64,000 nucleotides of DNA, from positions 478,015-542,014 of the forward strand of contig CAVXTU010000001.1 of NCBI GenBank assembly GCA_963764785.1. Reading direction: 5' to 3'. The notes below the pieces were generated by a model. It saw only the letters and a list, made by a program, of their open reading frames with translations, did not search any database and was not told the DNA's origin. This document shows, piece after piece, positions 1-10,085 of this stretch; position 1 is the stretch's first letter, and each line of letters opens with the position of its first letter. The position numbers were made by a program, and so were the translations under genes. Source of the DNA: an uncultured Chloroflexia bacterium (lineage in GTDB: Bacteria > Chloroflexota > Limnocylindria > Limnocylindrales > CSP1-4).

Positions 1-881
1 CGGCGACTCAGCCATCGTGCATTCGCTCATCCGCGCCGCCGAGAGCGGCAAGCAGGTCGTGGTCATGGTGGAGATCAAGGCTCGCTTCGACGAACGAGCC
101 AACATCGTCTGGGCACGGGCGCTGGAGCGAGCTGGCGCCCACGTCGCCTATGGACTGCTGGGCCTGAAGACCCACTCGAAGTGCGCCCTCATCATCCGGC
201 GCGAGTCGGGTGGCCTGCGCCGCTATGCCCACATCGGCACCGGCAACTACAACAGCAAGACGGCGCGCATCTACACCGACATCGGACTGCTGACCGCAGA
301 CCACACCATCACCGGCGACGTCACCGACCTCTTCAACGTCCTTACCGGGGTCGCTCGCAAGGACAGCTACCGCGAGCTGCTGGTCGCGCCGGTCTCGATG
401 CGCTCGGGCATCGACGAGCTCATCGAGGCGGAGATCGAGCGGCACCGCGCACACGGCGACGGCCGCATCATCATCAAGTGCAATGCCTGTGTCGATCCGG
501 ACATGATCCGGGGGCTCTACCAGGCCAGCCAGGCCGGCGTGCCGATCGACCTCATCGTGCGCGGGATGTGCTCGCTTGCAGCCGGGCGTACCCGGCTTCA
601 GCGAATCCATCCAGGTACGCTCGATCGTGGGTCGATACCTGGAACATTCGCGCATCTTCTGCTTCGGCCAGGGCGAGCGGGAGCGCTACTTCATCGGTTC
701 GGCCGACCTGATGGAACGCAATCTTGACCGGCGCATCGAGGCCATGGCTCCGATCAAGGATGCGGCGCTCACGGAGCGACTCAGGGACGTGCTCGCGGTG
801 ATGCGGCGGGACGATCGCCGGGCCTGGATCCTCGGCGATGACGCGGAGTGGCGGCGGGTCGAGATCCACGATCGACGGTGA
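1..881 (+). CDS. ppk: polyphosphate kinase 1, C-terminal part (5' end outside window; apparent +1 frameshift near 570-580)
   Basis: ORF 17..727 ([23 protein letters not shown]) and ORF 576..881 ([33 protein letters not shown]) are consecutive pieces of the PPK1 C-terminal domains. The join GMCS|[10 protein letters not shown] requires removing one base. Confidence 0.85.
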
Positions 882-961
882 GTCGCACACAGACACCTTC
901 GAGACGCTGATGTCCGCCGCCTTGCGACGGACCGAAGGATGACCGAGGCATCGGGACGAAG

Positions 962-2641
962 GTGCGGCTCATCGACGGCCTGCCGCCGCTGGCTGCGATG
1001 GGCGACGATCGGTCGAACATCCCGCGCGAGGTCGAGCTCAAGTACCTCGTCCGCGATCTCGAGGCACTGCGCGCCTGGCTGGCCAGGGACTGGGGCGGGG
1101 CGCTCGATGGGGTCGAGTTCGGCAATGACGAGACGGTCGAGGTCGAGGACCGCTACATCGACACCGCCTACGGAGCGCTGGCCCAGGCTGGCTTCGGAGC
1201 GCGACTCCGGCGCGAAGGCGGTGGCCCCATCAGCATCAACGTCAAGTCCGCCTCACATGTCCGGCCCGAGAGCCGCGAGGACAAGAAGGCCTCCAGGGCG
1301 CTGTCGCAGCGCGTCGAGGTGGAGGGCCTGGCCAGCGAGCGGCTGGACCCGAACACCTGGCAGGCCAGCGCCGCCCGAGAGCTGATCAACGAGGTTCGTG
1401 ACGGTGCGCGGCTGCGGATCCTCTTCACCATCAGCCAGCGCCGCGAGCGGCGTACGTTGGCACTCGACGACGGCCCCGTCATCATCACGCTGGATCGCGT
1501 GTCGGTCTTCCGTGGTGCCCGACCCCTCGCATCATTCTCGGTGTTCGAGGTCGAGACACCCAAGGGCAGTGGCGCCGACCTGGGGCGCCTGGCCTCACTC
1601 ATCGAGGCCACCGGCTTCGTCACACCGGAACCGCGCTCCAAGGAAGAGATCGCGCGCCACTATGTCGCCAAGGCAGCGGAAGATCCGACGCATCGGCTGC
1701 CCCCGGTGCCGACGTCACCCGGGATCAAGGCCGACGATGCTCTGAGCGAGGCCGGGCGCAAGGTGCTGCGGATGCACCTCGCGCGGATGCTCCACTTCGA
1801 GGCCGGGACGCGCACCGGCGATGACCCTGAGGACCTGCACAAGATGCGCGTGGCGACCCGCCGCATGCGAGCAGCCTGGCGGGTCTTCGATGGCGCCTAT
1901 CGACCCAAGGTCCAGCGCACCTACGTCAAGGAATTGCGCGGCATCGCCAGGGTCCTCGGCGAGGTCCGCGACATCGACGTCCTGCTCGAGGATCTGGATG
2001 CCTACGTGGCGCAGCTCCCGGGCCCGGGACGCGATGCCGTGGAGCCGCTGCGGAGCGCGTGGCGTCGCCAGCGCGAGGGGGCGCGCGAGCGGATGCTGGC
2101 ACGGCTCGATTCACGGGGCTATCGACAGTTCGTCGACGACTACCTCGACTTCACCGAGTCACCCGGTGCCGCAGAGCGAAAGCCGCCGCTGGGGCAGCCG
2201 AGTCTGGTTCGGGATACGGCGGGATCGCGCATCCTCGCCGCCTACGAGCACGTACGGGCATACCAGACCATCATCGCGTGGGCAGACGTCGGCACACTGC
2301 ACGCCTTGCGCATCGAGTGCAAGCGCCTGCGCTACACCATGGAGTACTTCTCCGAGGTCCTGCCGGTCACCTCGCGCAAGCTGATCACGCAGATCACCGA
2401 GGTCCAGGATCACCTCGGCGCGATGAACGACGCCGATGTGGCGGCCACGACGACGCGAGCCTGGCTGAACCTCAATGCGCCGCAGCTTCCGGCGAACTCG
2501 CGCGAAGCCGTGGGCCTCTATCTTGACGCTCGCGAGGCGGATGCTGAACGGCTCCGCCGCAGCTTCCGGCCGCTGTGGCGTCGCATCACCGGCCCGGCCT
2601 TCCGCAAGGCCCTCGGAGTGGCCATCACGCAGATCGGCTAG
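962..2641 (+). CDS. CYTH and CHAD domain-containing protein
   Basis: N-terminal EVELKYLV...RYIDT triphosphate-tunnel pattern. C-terminal helical region has HKMRVATRRMRAAWRVF and LHALRIECKRLRYTMEYF, typical of CHAD. Start is uncertain (962 or Met codon at 998). Confidence 0.8.
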   Translation: MRLIDGLPPLAAMGDDRSNIPREVELKYLVRDLEALRAWLARDWGGALDGVEFGNDETVEVEDRYIDTAYGALAQAGFGARLRREGGGPISINVKSASHVRPESREDKKASRALSQRVEVEGLASERLDPNTWQASAARELINEVRDGARLRILFTISQRRERRTLALDDGPVIITLDRVSVFRGARPLASFSVFEVETPKGSGADLGRLASLIEATGFVTPEPRSKEEIARHYVAKAAEDPTHRLPPVPTSPGIKADDALSEAGRKVLRMHLARMLHFEAGTRTGDDPEDLHKMRVATRRMRAAWRVFDGAYRPKVQRTYVKELRGIARVLGEVRDIDVLLEDLDAYVAQLPGPGRDAVEPLRSAWRRQREGARERMLARLDSRGYRQFVDDYLDFTESPGAAERKPPLGQPSLVRDTAGSRILAAYEHVRAYQTIIAWADVGTLHALRIECKRLRYTMEYFSEVLPVTSRKLITQITEVQDHLGAMNDADVAATTTRAWLNLNAPQLPANSREAVGLYLDAREADAERLRRSFRPLWRRITGPAFRKALGVAITQIG

Positions 2642-3027
2642 TCGACCGTCGCGGAGGACTCCTGCTCTGCCGCCGGTCGCGGTGCCTTTGCAGTGCGGGT
2701 GGGCTTGCGACGCTTGGGGGCGCTGGGGGCCGGAGACTTGCGCCGGGGCGCTGCAGTGCTGGCTGGCGATGCTGATGGCGCTGAGCTCTTGGGTGACTTG
2801 GGCGTCCTGGGCTTCTTCTCATCGACGACGGCATCGGTCTTGTCGGCTTCTGCAAGCTGAGCCCGGATCTCGTCAGCGATGATGCTCAGTGCTTCGACAC
2901 GGGCCTGGGCCTTGTCACGCTTGGACTCAGCCCGCCGCAGGTCCGCCTCAGCTTCATGCAACTGTTTGCGCAGTCGCTTCGGCCTGGCGGGTGCCTTGTC
3001 CTTCTTGCCACCCTTGGTCTTGGCCAT
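2638..3027 (-). CDS. small Lys/Ala/Pro-rich basic protein with central coiled coil (histone-H1-like tails)
   Basis: 129-aa ORF: MAKTKGGKKDKAPARPKRLRKQ, then a heptad-like acidic/basic helix, then PRTPKSPKSS...KRRKPTRTAKAP. Its stop overlaps the CHAD stop (CTAG). Divergent from pstS. Confidence 0.55.
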   Translation of the reverse strand: MAKTKGGKKDKAPARPKRLRKQLHEAEADLRRAESKRDKAQARVEALSIIADEIRAQLAEADKTDAVVDEKKPRTPKSPKSSAPSASPASTAAPRRKSPAPSAPKRRKPTRTAKAPRPAAEQESSATVD

Positions 3028-3110
3028 GTTCGTCCCTTTCGTCCCACCTTTGGCGCCTTGCCGTCCCGGCGCCAGCGTGCAGGTCGCGCAATTGTACGGT
3101 CGTTGCCTTT

Positions 3111-3201
3111 GTTCACGTGAAGTTGACGGGCGCGGGATACCGACTGGAACCCACTCCGTTAACGCGACGTTAACCGACCTGCAATGCGACGTTCATCGGT
3201 G
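3111..3201 (+). promoter_or_regulatory. PHO-box-like array of 11-bp direct repeat units upstream of pstS
   Basis: gttcacgtgaa gttgacgggcg (3111-3132), and four phased units gttaacgcgac gttaaccgacc tgcaatgcgac gttcatcggtg (3158-3201). They lie 79-170 nt upstream of the pstS ATG. Confidence 0.65.
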
Positions 3202-3279
3202 CCCTCGAGAGTCGGAAACGTCCAACACAAGGCCCGGGACTGGCCAAGGCCCGGGCAAGCAGGAGGATCTGATCCCGCC

Positions 3280-4332
3280 ATGCGAAACAGGAACCGCCTC
3301 GGAGCCGCCGTGCTCGGCTCGGCCATGCTCTTGACCACCATCGCCGGAAGCGCGCTGGCCCAGGACGAGAGCGGGAGCATCCGCATCTCCGGCTCGTCGA
3401 CCGTGGAGCCCATCTCCAGCTTCGTCGCCGAGGCCTTCGCGGGCGCCAGCCCCAATGTCACCGTCTCGGTCGACGGCCCGGGTACGACGGTCGGGTTCGA
3501 ACTCTTCTGCAACGGCGACACCGACATCTCCGACGCCTCGCGCGCCATCAAGGATATCGAGGCCGAGAACTGCGACGGGGCCGACGTCAGTCCTGTCGAG
3601 CTGAAGATCGGCATCGACGGACTCGCCGTCATCGTCAGCACCCAGAACGACACCATCGAGTGCCTGAACTTCACAGATCTGTATGCCATCTTCGGCATCG
3701 AGTCCGATGACCTGCGGACCTGGGAAGATATCGCCGCGTTCGCAGCCGAGCTTGGCTCCACCACTGCATCATGGCCGAGCGGCGACATCGCCATCACTGC
3801 GCCCGGCGATGAGTCTGGCACCTGGGGATCGTTCATCGAGATCACGCTGCAGAAGATGCAGGAAGCTCGTGCTGAGGCCGGCAACGTCGATCCGGAAGCT
3901 GAGCCATATACGCGTCAGCCCGGCGACATCTATGTCGCCTCGCCCAACGACAACGTCATCATCGACGGTGTCGCCAACAATCCCAACGGGATCGGCTTCG
4001 TCGGCTACGCCTACGCCATCAACAATGCTGACCGCGTGCGCATGATCCCCATCGACGGCGGCGACGGCACCTGCATCGGACCCGACCAGGACACCGTGGC
4101 GGCGAACACGTACCCCATCTCGCGCGACCTGTACATCTACCCGGCAGTGAACCGGATCGACCCGACGTCCGACACGTACAACGCCGCGATCACTCCGTTC
4201 GTCGACTTCTATCTCAGCGACGAGGGTATCCAGAACGTCTCGGCGGCCGGCTACGTGGAGCTCGCCCCAGAGGTCCTCGATGCATCCCGTGCCGCCTGGG
4301 CAGAGGCCAAGGCTTCGGTCGGCGCCTCGTAG
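3280..4332 (+). CDS. pstS: phosphate ABC transporter substrate-binding protein PstS
   Basis: AGGAGGA at 3261-3267 then ATG 3280. Signal peptide MRNRNRLGAAVLGSAMLLTTIAGSALA. GSSTVEP...DGPGTTVGF...DISDASR PstS-family motifs. The 3184 start in the ORF track is upstream of the RBS. Confidence 0.9.
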   Translation: MRNRNRLGAAVLGSAMLLTTIAGSALAQDESGSIRISGSSTVEPISSFVAEAFAGASPNVTVSVDGPGTTVGFELFCNGDTDISDASRAIKDIEAENCDGADVSPVELKIGIDGLAVIVSTQNDTIECLNFTDLYAIFGIESDDLRTWEDIAAFAAELGSTTASWPSGDIAITAPGDESGTWGSFIEITLQKMQEARAEAGNVDPEAEPYTRQPGDIYVASPNDNVIIDGVANNPNGIGFVGYAYAINNADRVRMIPIDGGDGTCIGPDQDTVAANTYPISRDLYIYPAVNRIDPTSDTYNAAITPFVDFYLSDEGIQNVSAAGYVELAPEVLDASRAAWAEAKASVGAS

Positions 4333-4374
4333 CGGACACCGTTCCCCGACCTTCCCGACTTCCCGCGGTCGTGA

Positions 4375-4408
4375 GAGGACCGGACCCGCGTCCCAGGGTC
4401 CGGTCCTC
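4375..4408 (+). promoter_or_regulatory. intercistronic stem-loop between pstS and pstC
   Basis: Perfect 13-bp stem gaggaccggaccc / gggtccggtcctc with 8-nt loop and no T-tract. The position is typical of a partial terminator or mRNA stabiliser that raises PstS stoichiometry. Confidence 0.6.
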
Positions 4409-4442
4409 CGACCGTTCTCCAGACTCGTAGCGAGCGAACCGC

Positions 4443-5372
4443 ATGGCGGCCAACCAGCAGATCACGATCGAGGACCTGAAGGGCGACGTCTCGCGTCGCA
4501 GGCGGGAACGGATCATCCGGACCGCCTTCTTCCTCTCGGCGGCCCTCGCCATCGTCATCTCCATCGCCATCGTCCTGTCGCTGCTCGGCGATAGCATCGT
4601 CTTCATCCAGGGCATCGACCTGAGCGCCCTGTTCTCCACTGTCTGGCAGCCCCGCTCGGGGGAGTACAGCCTGGCGGCCATCATCTCCGGCACGTTCGTC
4701 ATCGCGGTGATCGCGATGATCGTGGCCACGCCGCTCGGACTTGGCGCAGCCATCTATCTCGCGGAATACGCCAGTCCCAGGATGCGCGGCACGCTCAAGC
4801 CGATCCTCGAGATCCTGGCGACGATCCCCTCGGTCGTGCTGGGCTTCTTTGCACTCACCGTCATCAGCCCCACGATCGTCCAGAACATCTGCCCCGGCAA
4901 CACGCCCATCTTCAGTCTCGCCAGTGCCGGCATCGCCGTGGGCGTCCTCATCACCCCGCTCATCGCGTCCATCTCCGAAGACGCCATGTACGCGGTCCCG
5001 CAGAACCTCCGCGAAGCGTCCTTCGGACTTGGAGCCACCAGGCGAACGACGAGCCTGCGCGTGGTGGTCCCAGCGGCGGTCTCCGGCATCGTGGCGTCGC
5101 TCATCGTGGGATTCTCCCGCGCCATCGGGGAGACGATGATCGTGGCCATCGCGGCCGGTGGCGTCGGCGGTGGCTCCTTCAACCTCAATCCCTGCCTGCC
5201 AGGCCAGACCATGACCGGGGCCATGACGGTCATCGCTATCGGTTCCGACGCGGTGGGCGGCGGTGTGGCCTTCAACAGCCTCTTCTTCGTGGGGATGCTG
5301 CTCTTCTTCATGACCCTGGCCCTGAACATCTTCAGTGAAGCCTTCGTGCGCCGAATGCGGAAGGGATACTGA
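4443..5372 (+). CDS. pstC: phosphate ABC transporter permease PstC
   Basis: 309-aa polytopic membrane ORF with an EAA-like loop (REASFGLGATRRTT), directly after pstS. Confidence 0.9.
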   Translation: MAANQQITIEDLKGDVSRRRRERIIRTAFFLSAALAIVISIAIVLSLLGDSIVFIQGIDLSALFSTVWQPRSGEYSLAAIISGTFVIAVIAMIVATPLGLGAAIYLAEYASPRMRGTLKPILEILATIPSVVLGFFALTVISPTIVQNICPGNTPIFSLASAGIAVGVLITPLIASISEDAMYAVPQNLREASFGLGATRRTTSLRVVVPAAVSGIVASLIVGFSRAIGETMIVAIAAGGVGGGSFNLNPCLPGQTMTGAMTVIAIGSDAVGGGVAFNSLFFVGMLLFFMTLALNIFSEAFVRRMRKGY

Positions 5373-5373
5373 C

Positions 5374-6324
5374 GTGGCTGCCTCATCCCGACCCATGGAA
5401 CCGCCGCAGTCGACGACCGAAGCCGTGCAGCGGGCCATCATGGGCCAGCCTCGTGACTGGCGCAGCATCGCCTTCGAGGTGGCGCTGGTGCTGTCGCTGC
5501 TCATCGCCCTTGGCGTTCTGGTGTGGCTCATCACCGACATCTTCATCCGTGCGCTCCCGGTGTTCCGGGAACGCGGGCTGATCGATTTCATGACCTCGCC
5601 GGTGTCCCAGAACCCGGCCAACGCCGGCATCGCCCAGGCGCTGCTCGGATCGGTATTGCTGATGCTCTTCGTGGCCATCCTGGCCATCCCCATCGGGATC
5701 GCATCCGCGGTCTACCTCGAGGAGTACGCGACCGACAACGCGGTCACCCAATTCATCAATACCACGGTCCGCAACCTCGCCGGCGTGCCAGCCGTCGTGT
5801 ACGGCTTGCTCGGCATCGCCGTATTCGTGGTGCTCTTCGCTGACGTCACGGGTGGACCGAGCGTCATCTCGGGTGGCTTCACACTGGCCATCGTCGTCAT
5901 GCCCATCGTCGTGATCGCCTCCGCTGAGGCCATCCGCGCGGTCCCCGACACCATCCGCGAAGCCGGCTACGGGGTCGGAGCGACCAAATGGGAAGTCATC
6001 CGCTCGCATGTCATCCCCTATGCCATGCCGGGCATCCTCACGGGGACGATCCTGACCATCGGACGGGCCTTCGGCGAGACAGCCCCTCTCCTCCTCGTCG
6101 GGGCCGTGACCGGTTTCTTCTCGGTCGCCGCGAACGCCTCAGTCGTCGATCGCCTGCAGGGACCGTATACCTCCCTGCCCACGATCATCTTCAGCTGGTC
6201 ACGCCAGCCTCGCCCCGAGTTCCGCGAGTTGACTGCGGCGGCCATCATCGTGCTGCTGGTGCTGGTGCTGATCATCAACGCCCTCGCCATCATCCTCAGG
6301 AACCGATACGCCAGGAAGTGGTAA
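5374..6324 (+). CDS. pstA: phosphate ABC transporter permease PstA
   Basis: Membrane ORF with [23 protein letters not shown] at 5374 lies just after the pstC stop (5370-5372). The 5335 start would overlap pstC. Confidence 0.88.
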   Translation: MAASSRPMEPPQSTTEAVQRAIMGQPRDWRSIAFEVALVLSLLIALGVLVWLITDIFIRALPVFRERGLIDFMTSPVSQNPANAGIAQALLGSVLLMLFVAILAIPIGIASAVYLEEYATDNAVTQFINTTVRNLAGVPAVVYGLLGIAVFVVLFADVTGGPSVISGGFTLAIVVMPIVVIASAEAIRAVPDTIREAGYGVGATKWEVIRSHVIPYAMPGILTGTILTIGRAFGETAPLLLVGAVTGFFSVAANASVVDRLQGPYTSLPTIIFSWSRQPRPEFRELTAAAIIVLLVLVLIINALAIILRNRYARKW

Positions 6325-6365
6325 GACATGACGACGGTGCCGTACGGCAGTGGGACGGAAAGGCG

Positions 6366-7247
6366 ATGACCATGACCAGGGAGCAGGAAGTGGCACAGGG
6401 AGTGGGGGCAGCGAGCGACGGCAGGAGGCCGGCCGTCGACGTTTCGGGCGTCCAGAACCCGGGCACCGGCACCGCGGCGGCCACGGGATACGTGTTCGAG
6501 GTCCGTGACTTCGCCTCGTACTACGGCGACTTCAGAGCTATCCGGGACATCAACCTCGACATCGCCAAGAATCGGATCACGGCTTTCATCGGGCCATCCG
6601 GATGTGGCAAGTCGACTCTGCTGCGCTGCTTCAACCGCATGAATGACCTCATTCCGAGCGCACATATCAAGGGCCGGATCAACTACCACGGTGTCGATCT
6701 ATACGACAAGCGAGTTGACCCGGTGGAGGTCCGCCGCCGCATCGGCATGGTCTTCCAGAAACCGAATCCGTTCCCCAAGTCCATCCACGACAACATCACC
6801 TTCGGACCAAAGATCGCCGGCTACAAGGGCGATATGGATGAACTCGTCGAGTCCAGCCTCAGGCGCGCCGCCCTCTGGGACGAGGTCAAGGACAAGTTGA
6901 AGCAACCGGGGACGGCACTATCCGGCGGCCAGCAGCAACGACTCTGCATCGCCCGCACCATCGCTGTTCAGCCCGACGTGATCCTCATGGATGAGCCCTG
7001 CTCGGCCCTCGACCCGGTCGCCACGCTGAAGATCGAAGAGCTCATGTTCGAGCTCCGGGACGACTACACCATCCTCATCGTCACGCACAACATGCAGCAG
7101 GCGGCGCGCGCATCTGACGAGACCGTGTTCCTGACCATGGGCGAAGATCGGGCCGGCTACATGGTGGAGAAGGGCCCGACATCGGATCTCTTCACCAACC
7201 CCAGGAACCAGCTGACCGAGGACTACGTCTCCGGTCGCTTCGGATGA
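6366..7247 (+). CDS. pstB: phosphate ABC transporter ATP-binding protein PstB
   Basis: Walker [10 protein letters not shown], signature LSGGQQQRL, Walker B ILMDEP, and a C-terminal [10 protein letters not shown] typical of PstB. ATG 6366 was chosen because the longer ORF from 5988 overlaps pstA. Confidence 0.9.
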   Translation: MTMTREQEVAQGVGAASDGRRPAVDVSGVQNPGTGTAAATGYVFEVRDFASYYGDFRAIRDINLDIAKNRITAFIGPSGCGKSTLLRCFNRMNDLIPSAHIKGRINYHGVDLYDKRVDPVEVRRRIGMVFQKPNPFPKSIHDNITFGPKIAGYKGDMDELVESSLRRAALWDEVKDKLKQPGTALSGGQQQRLCIARTIAVQPDVILMDEPCSALDPVATLKIEELMFELRDDYTILIVTHNMQQAARASDETVFLTMGEDRAGYMVEKGPTSDLFTNPRNQLTEDYVSGRFG

Positions 7248-7257
7248 GGAGCCGAAC

Positions 7258-8025
7258 ATGACCGACCCGACCGGCCGACCCATCTCCACGGAGGCAGCCC
7301 AGCCGACCGAGCACCGTGACCCGCCTCCCGGCCTCGAGGACCGCGGGGGCATCGAGGCGCCCAAGCCATTCACGCGTGCCACGTTGGAGGCCCAGGAAAG
7401 CGAGATCAAGGACGGCATCCTGCGCATGGGCAGCCTCGTAGCCGAGCGCATCATCGCCGCCATCGTGGCCCTTGAGAAGCACGATGAGGCAGGTGCGCTG
7501 GCGGTCATCACCAGCGACGACGACATCAACCGGCAACAGCGCCAGATCTCCGACCTCATCTCGCTGACCATCGCCACACAGCAGCCGGTGGCACGAGACC
7601 TGCGCTTCCTGCTCACTCTCGACCACACTGCCTACGACCTGGAACGCATGGGTGATCATGCGGCCTCCGTCGCCAAGCAGGCGCGAAAACTGGCGCCGCA
7701 CGCTCCGTTGAAGGACTTCGTGCACCTGCCGGACATGGGCCGCATGGTGGCCAACCAGGTCCGCGATGTCCTGGATGCCGTCGTGGAGATCGATGCCAAA
7801 AGGGCCCGCGAGGTCGCCGAGCGCGACGACGATGTCGATGACCTATACCACCGCATCTTCAGTGAGACCCTCGAGCTGATGCGCCGGGATCCGGAGAATG
7901 TCGATCCCGGTGCGCGCGTGCTATTCGCAGCGCACTACCTGGAGCGCGTCGGCGACCGCGTCACGAATATCGCGGAGGACATCGTCTTCCTTGCGACCGG
8001 TGAGGTCGCGGACCTCAATCCATGA
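7258..8025 (+). CDS. phoU: phosphate signalling complex protein PhoU
   Basis: Two PhoU repeats (ARDLRFLLTLDHTAYDLERMGDHA; FAAHYLERVGDRVTNIAEDI), immediately after pstB. Confidence 0.9.
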   Translation: MTDPTGRPISTEAAQPTEHRDPPPGLEDRGGIEAPKPFTRATLEAQESEIKDGILRMGSLVAERIIAAIVALEKHDEAGALAVITSDDDINRQQRQISDLISLTIATQQPVARDLRFLLTLDHTAYDLERMGDHAASVAKQARKLAPHAPLKDFVHLPDMGRMVANQVRDVLDAVVEIDAKRAREVAERDDDVDDLYHRIFSETLELMRRDPENVDPGARVLFAAHYLERVGDRVTNIAEDIVFLATGEVADLNP

Positions 8026-8477
8026 GCATGGAGCCCGTGAAGCTCCCGATCCGCGTCATCTTCGTGTGCACTCACAATTCGGCCCGCTCCATCATGTCGG
8101 AGGTGCTGCTGCGCGACCGAGGCGGAAGCCGCTACGAGGTCCACTCCGCGGGCACTGAGGCGGGGGCGGTCCATCCTCTTGCGCTCCGATGCCTCCATGA
8201 GGCCGGCTTGCCGACCGCTGGCCTGCGCTCAAAGTCCGTGAACGCATTCATGGATCAACACTTTGACTACGTGATCACGGTGTGCGATTCGGCCCGTCAG
8301 AACTGCCCCGTCTTCCCGGGCGAAGGCGAGCGTCTCCATTGGAGCTACGACGACCCCTCGGCGGTCGCCGGCTCCGAGGCAGAGCGGATGGAGGCATTCC
8401 GGCGCGTCTTCACCGCGATCAGCCAGCGCATCGACCTCTTTCTTTCGGTCGGCAGCCCGAACGAGGTCCTCGCGTAG
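8022..8477 (+). CDS. arsC: arsenate reductase, thioredoxin-coupled LMW-PTP type (ArsC)
   Basis: P-loop CTHNSARS near the N-terminus plus the downstream Cys pair in ITVCDSARQNCP. Its ATG overlaps the phoU stop (ATGA at 8022-8025). Confidence 0.8.
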   Translation: MSMEPVKLPIRVIFVCTHNSARSIMSEVLLRDRGGSRYEVHSAGTEAGAVHPLALRCLHEAGLPTAGLRSKSVNAFMDQHFDYVITVCDSARQNCPVFPGEGERLHWSYDDPSAVAGSEAERMEAFRRVFTAISQRIDLFLSVGSPNEVLA

Positions 8478-8542
8478 CCGCCGCCGCGATGTCGCGCTGA
8501 TCGGGCGCGCAGCAGGGTATGCGACGTGCCACTCTAGGCGCC

Positions 8543-9025
8543 ATGTCCGTGCGCATCCATCTGTTGCGACATGCCCACGCCGGAGATGCCTTCGACTGGG
8601 TCGGTGACGACGACTTGCGGCCGCTCACCAAGAAGGGCCGGACCCAAAGCGAACGCCTCGGCGTGTTCCTCGAGACCCACAAGGTGCGACCGGATGTCAT
8701 CATCAGCAGTCCCAAGGTCCGTGCCCAACAGACCGCTGAGATCGTGGCGACCACGTTCGGCATGACGGTGAAGACCGATCAACGCCTGGGCGCTGATTTC
8801 GGCAAGAGTGAGCTTTGGGAGCTGCTCGATGAGCTGGGGGCTCGCGAGCCCATGTTCGTCGGCCACGACCCGGACTTCTCGGACCTGCTCGCCTATCTCA
8901 TCGATGCGGCCGGTATATCGATGAAGAAGGGTGCCCTGGCCACCATCGACCTGAACACCAAGCTCAGCGACGGGGACGGCGAACTGCGCTGGCTGCTGCC
9001 ACCCGACCTCTTGGGCGGCGACTGA
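8543..9025 (+). CDS. SixA-like phosphohistidine phosphatase (histidine phosphatase superfamily)
   Basis: IHLLRHAHAG...RPLTKKGRTQ...ISSPKVRAQQTAE...VGHDPDFSDL matches the SixA pattern. ATG 8543 is preferred over 8519. Confidence 0.75.
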   Translation: MSVRIHLLRHAHAGDAFDWVGDDDLRPLTKKGRTQSERLGVFLETHKVRPDVIISSPKVRAQQTAEIVATTFGMTVKTDQRLGADFGKSELWELLDELGAREPMFVGHDPDFSDLLAYLIDAAGISMKKGALATIDLNTKLSDGDGELRWLLPPDLLGGD

Positions 9026-9050
9026 CCGATCGTCGGTAGGCCACCACCGC

Positions 9051-10085
9051 TCAGGCGAACGGCACTGAGAAGCTGAAGGTAGAACCCACGCCCTCGGTCG
9101 ACTCCAGCCAGATGCGACCACCGTGGGCCTCCGCGATGTGGCGAGCGATGGCGAGTCCGAGGCCGGTGCCGCCGAGGCCACGCTGCCGTGCTCGGTCGGC
9201 CTTGTAGAAGCGCTCGAAGACACGGTCCCGATCCATCGCCGGGATGCCGACGCCCTGGTCACGAACGGAGATGACCGCGGCGTCGGGGTGCTCATCCGCC
9301 ATGATCGTCACCTTCCCGCCCTCGGAACTGAACTTGATGGCGTTGTGGACCAGGTTCATCAGCAGCTGATCCAGTCGCTCCTCGTCGCCGCGGACCAAGG
9401 GCAGGTCAGGTGGCAGCTGGGCGATGAGGACGACGCCCTGGCGGTCCGCAAAGGTCTGGAGCCGACCGAGTGACGCGTCCACGAGTGGTGGCAATGCCAC
9501 CACGTCGTCACGGACATGGGTCGAGTACTGCTCCATGCGTGACAGGTCGAGGAGCTCGTTGACCATCTGGACCAGGTGTCCGCTTTCGATGTCGATCGTT
9601 GCGACACGCTCACGGACACGATCTGGCACCTGGGCGTCGGCGAGATCGTCCATGAGCATCTCGGTCAGCAGACGGACGCTCGCGAGCGGCGTTCGGAGCT
9701 CATGGCTGACATTGTCGATGAACTCGCTGCGGATCCGACGGAGGTGCTGTAGCTCGGTTACGTCCTGGAGCGTGACCCACACTCCCCCAGCGACAGCGGG
9801 ATGAGCGCGGACGACGATGCTGGTGCGGTCGGTCCCTTCGGAAGCGTGGACGCCGGACTGGCCAGAACCCGCCGCACGGACCATGGATTCCAGCCGATGA
9901 TCCACGAACGTTTCCATCGCGGATCGGCCGATCAGCGATCCGGGCCGGCGATCCAGGACCTCGTGGGCTGCCTCGTTGGCGCTTTGGACACGCAGATTGG
10001 CGTCGAAGCGGATCAGGCCGAGATCGGCGTCATCGGCGACTTGGGCGATCTCCCCGAAGAGGACATCGGCATGCTCATCGGACAT
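9051..10085 (-). CDS. sensor histidine kinase, soluble PAS-HisKA-HATPase (PhoR/SenX3-like)
   Basis: H-box FIDNVSHELRTPL, N-box LVHNAIKFS, G-boxes DQGVGI and GGTGLGLAI. No hydrophobic segment at the N-terminus. Confidence 0.85.
   Translation of the reverse strand: MSDEHADVLFGEIAQVADDADLGLIRFDANLRVQSANEAAHEVLDRRPGSLIGRSAMETFVDHRLESMVRAAGSGQSGVHASEGTDRTSIVVRAHPAVAGGVWVTLQDVTELQHLRRIRSEFIDNVSHELRTPLASVRLLTEMLMDDLADAQVPDRVRERVATIDIESGHLVQMVNELLDLSRMEQYSTHVRDDVVALPPLVDASLGRLQTFADRQGVVLIAQLPPDLPLVRGDEERLDQLLMNLVHNAIKFSSEGGKVTIMADEHPDAAVISVRDQGVGIPAMDRDRVFERFYKADRARQRGLGGTGLGLAIARHIAEAHGGRIWLESTEGVGSTFSFSVPFA

Noticed and set aside
4251-5693. 480-aa minus-strand ORF across pstC/pstA. Similar long antisense ORFs occur at 11637-12791, 19036-20718, 22689-23846, 25327-26442, 40248-41507, 43774-44961, 47232-48587, 53972-55465 and 57467-59098.
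   Set aside because: They lie antisense to genes with clear family motifs. They are Arg/Gly/Pro/His/Asp-rich with no recognisable motifs, as expected for shadow ORFs in GC-rich DNA.
5988-6365. Long N-terminal extensions in the ORF track (pstB from 5988, LOG from 33931, hmuT from 35760, ABC ATPase to 22435, sugar ATPase to 63694, pstS from 3184).
   Set aside because: The extensions overlap upstream genes or precede good RBS/start combinations, and they have shadow-frame composition. Internal starts were used instead.
6328-6369. 13-codon ORF ([13 protein letters not shown]) between pstA and pstB as a possible leader peptide.
   Set aside because: It has no RBS and overlaps the pstB start region. 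Coupled pst genes do not need a leader, so it is most likely fortuitous.
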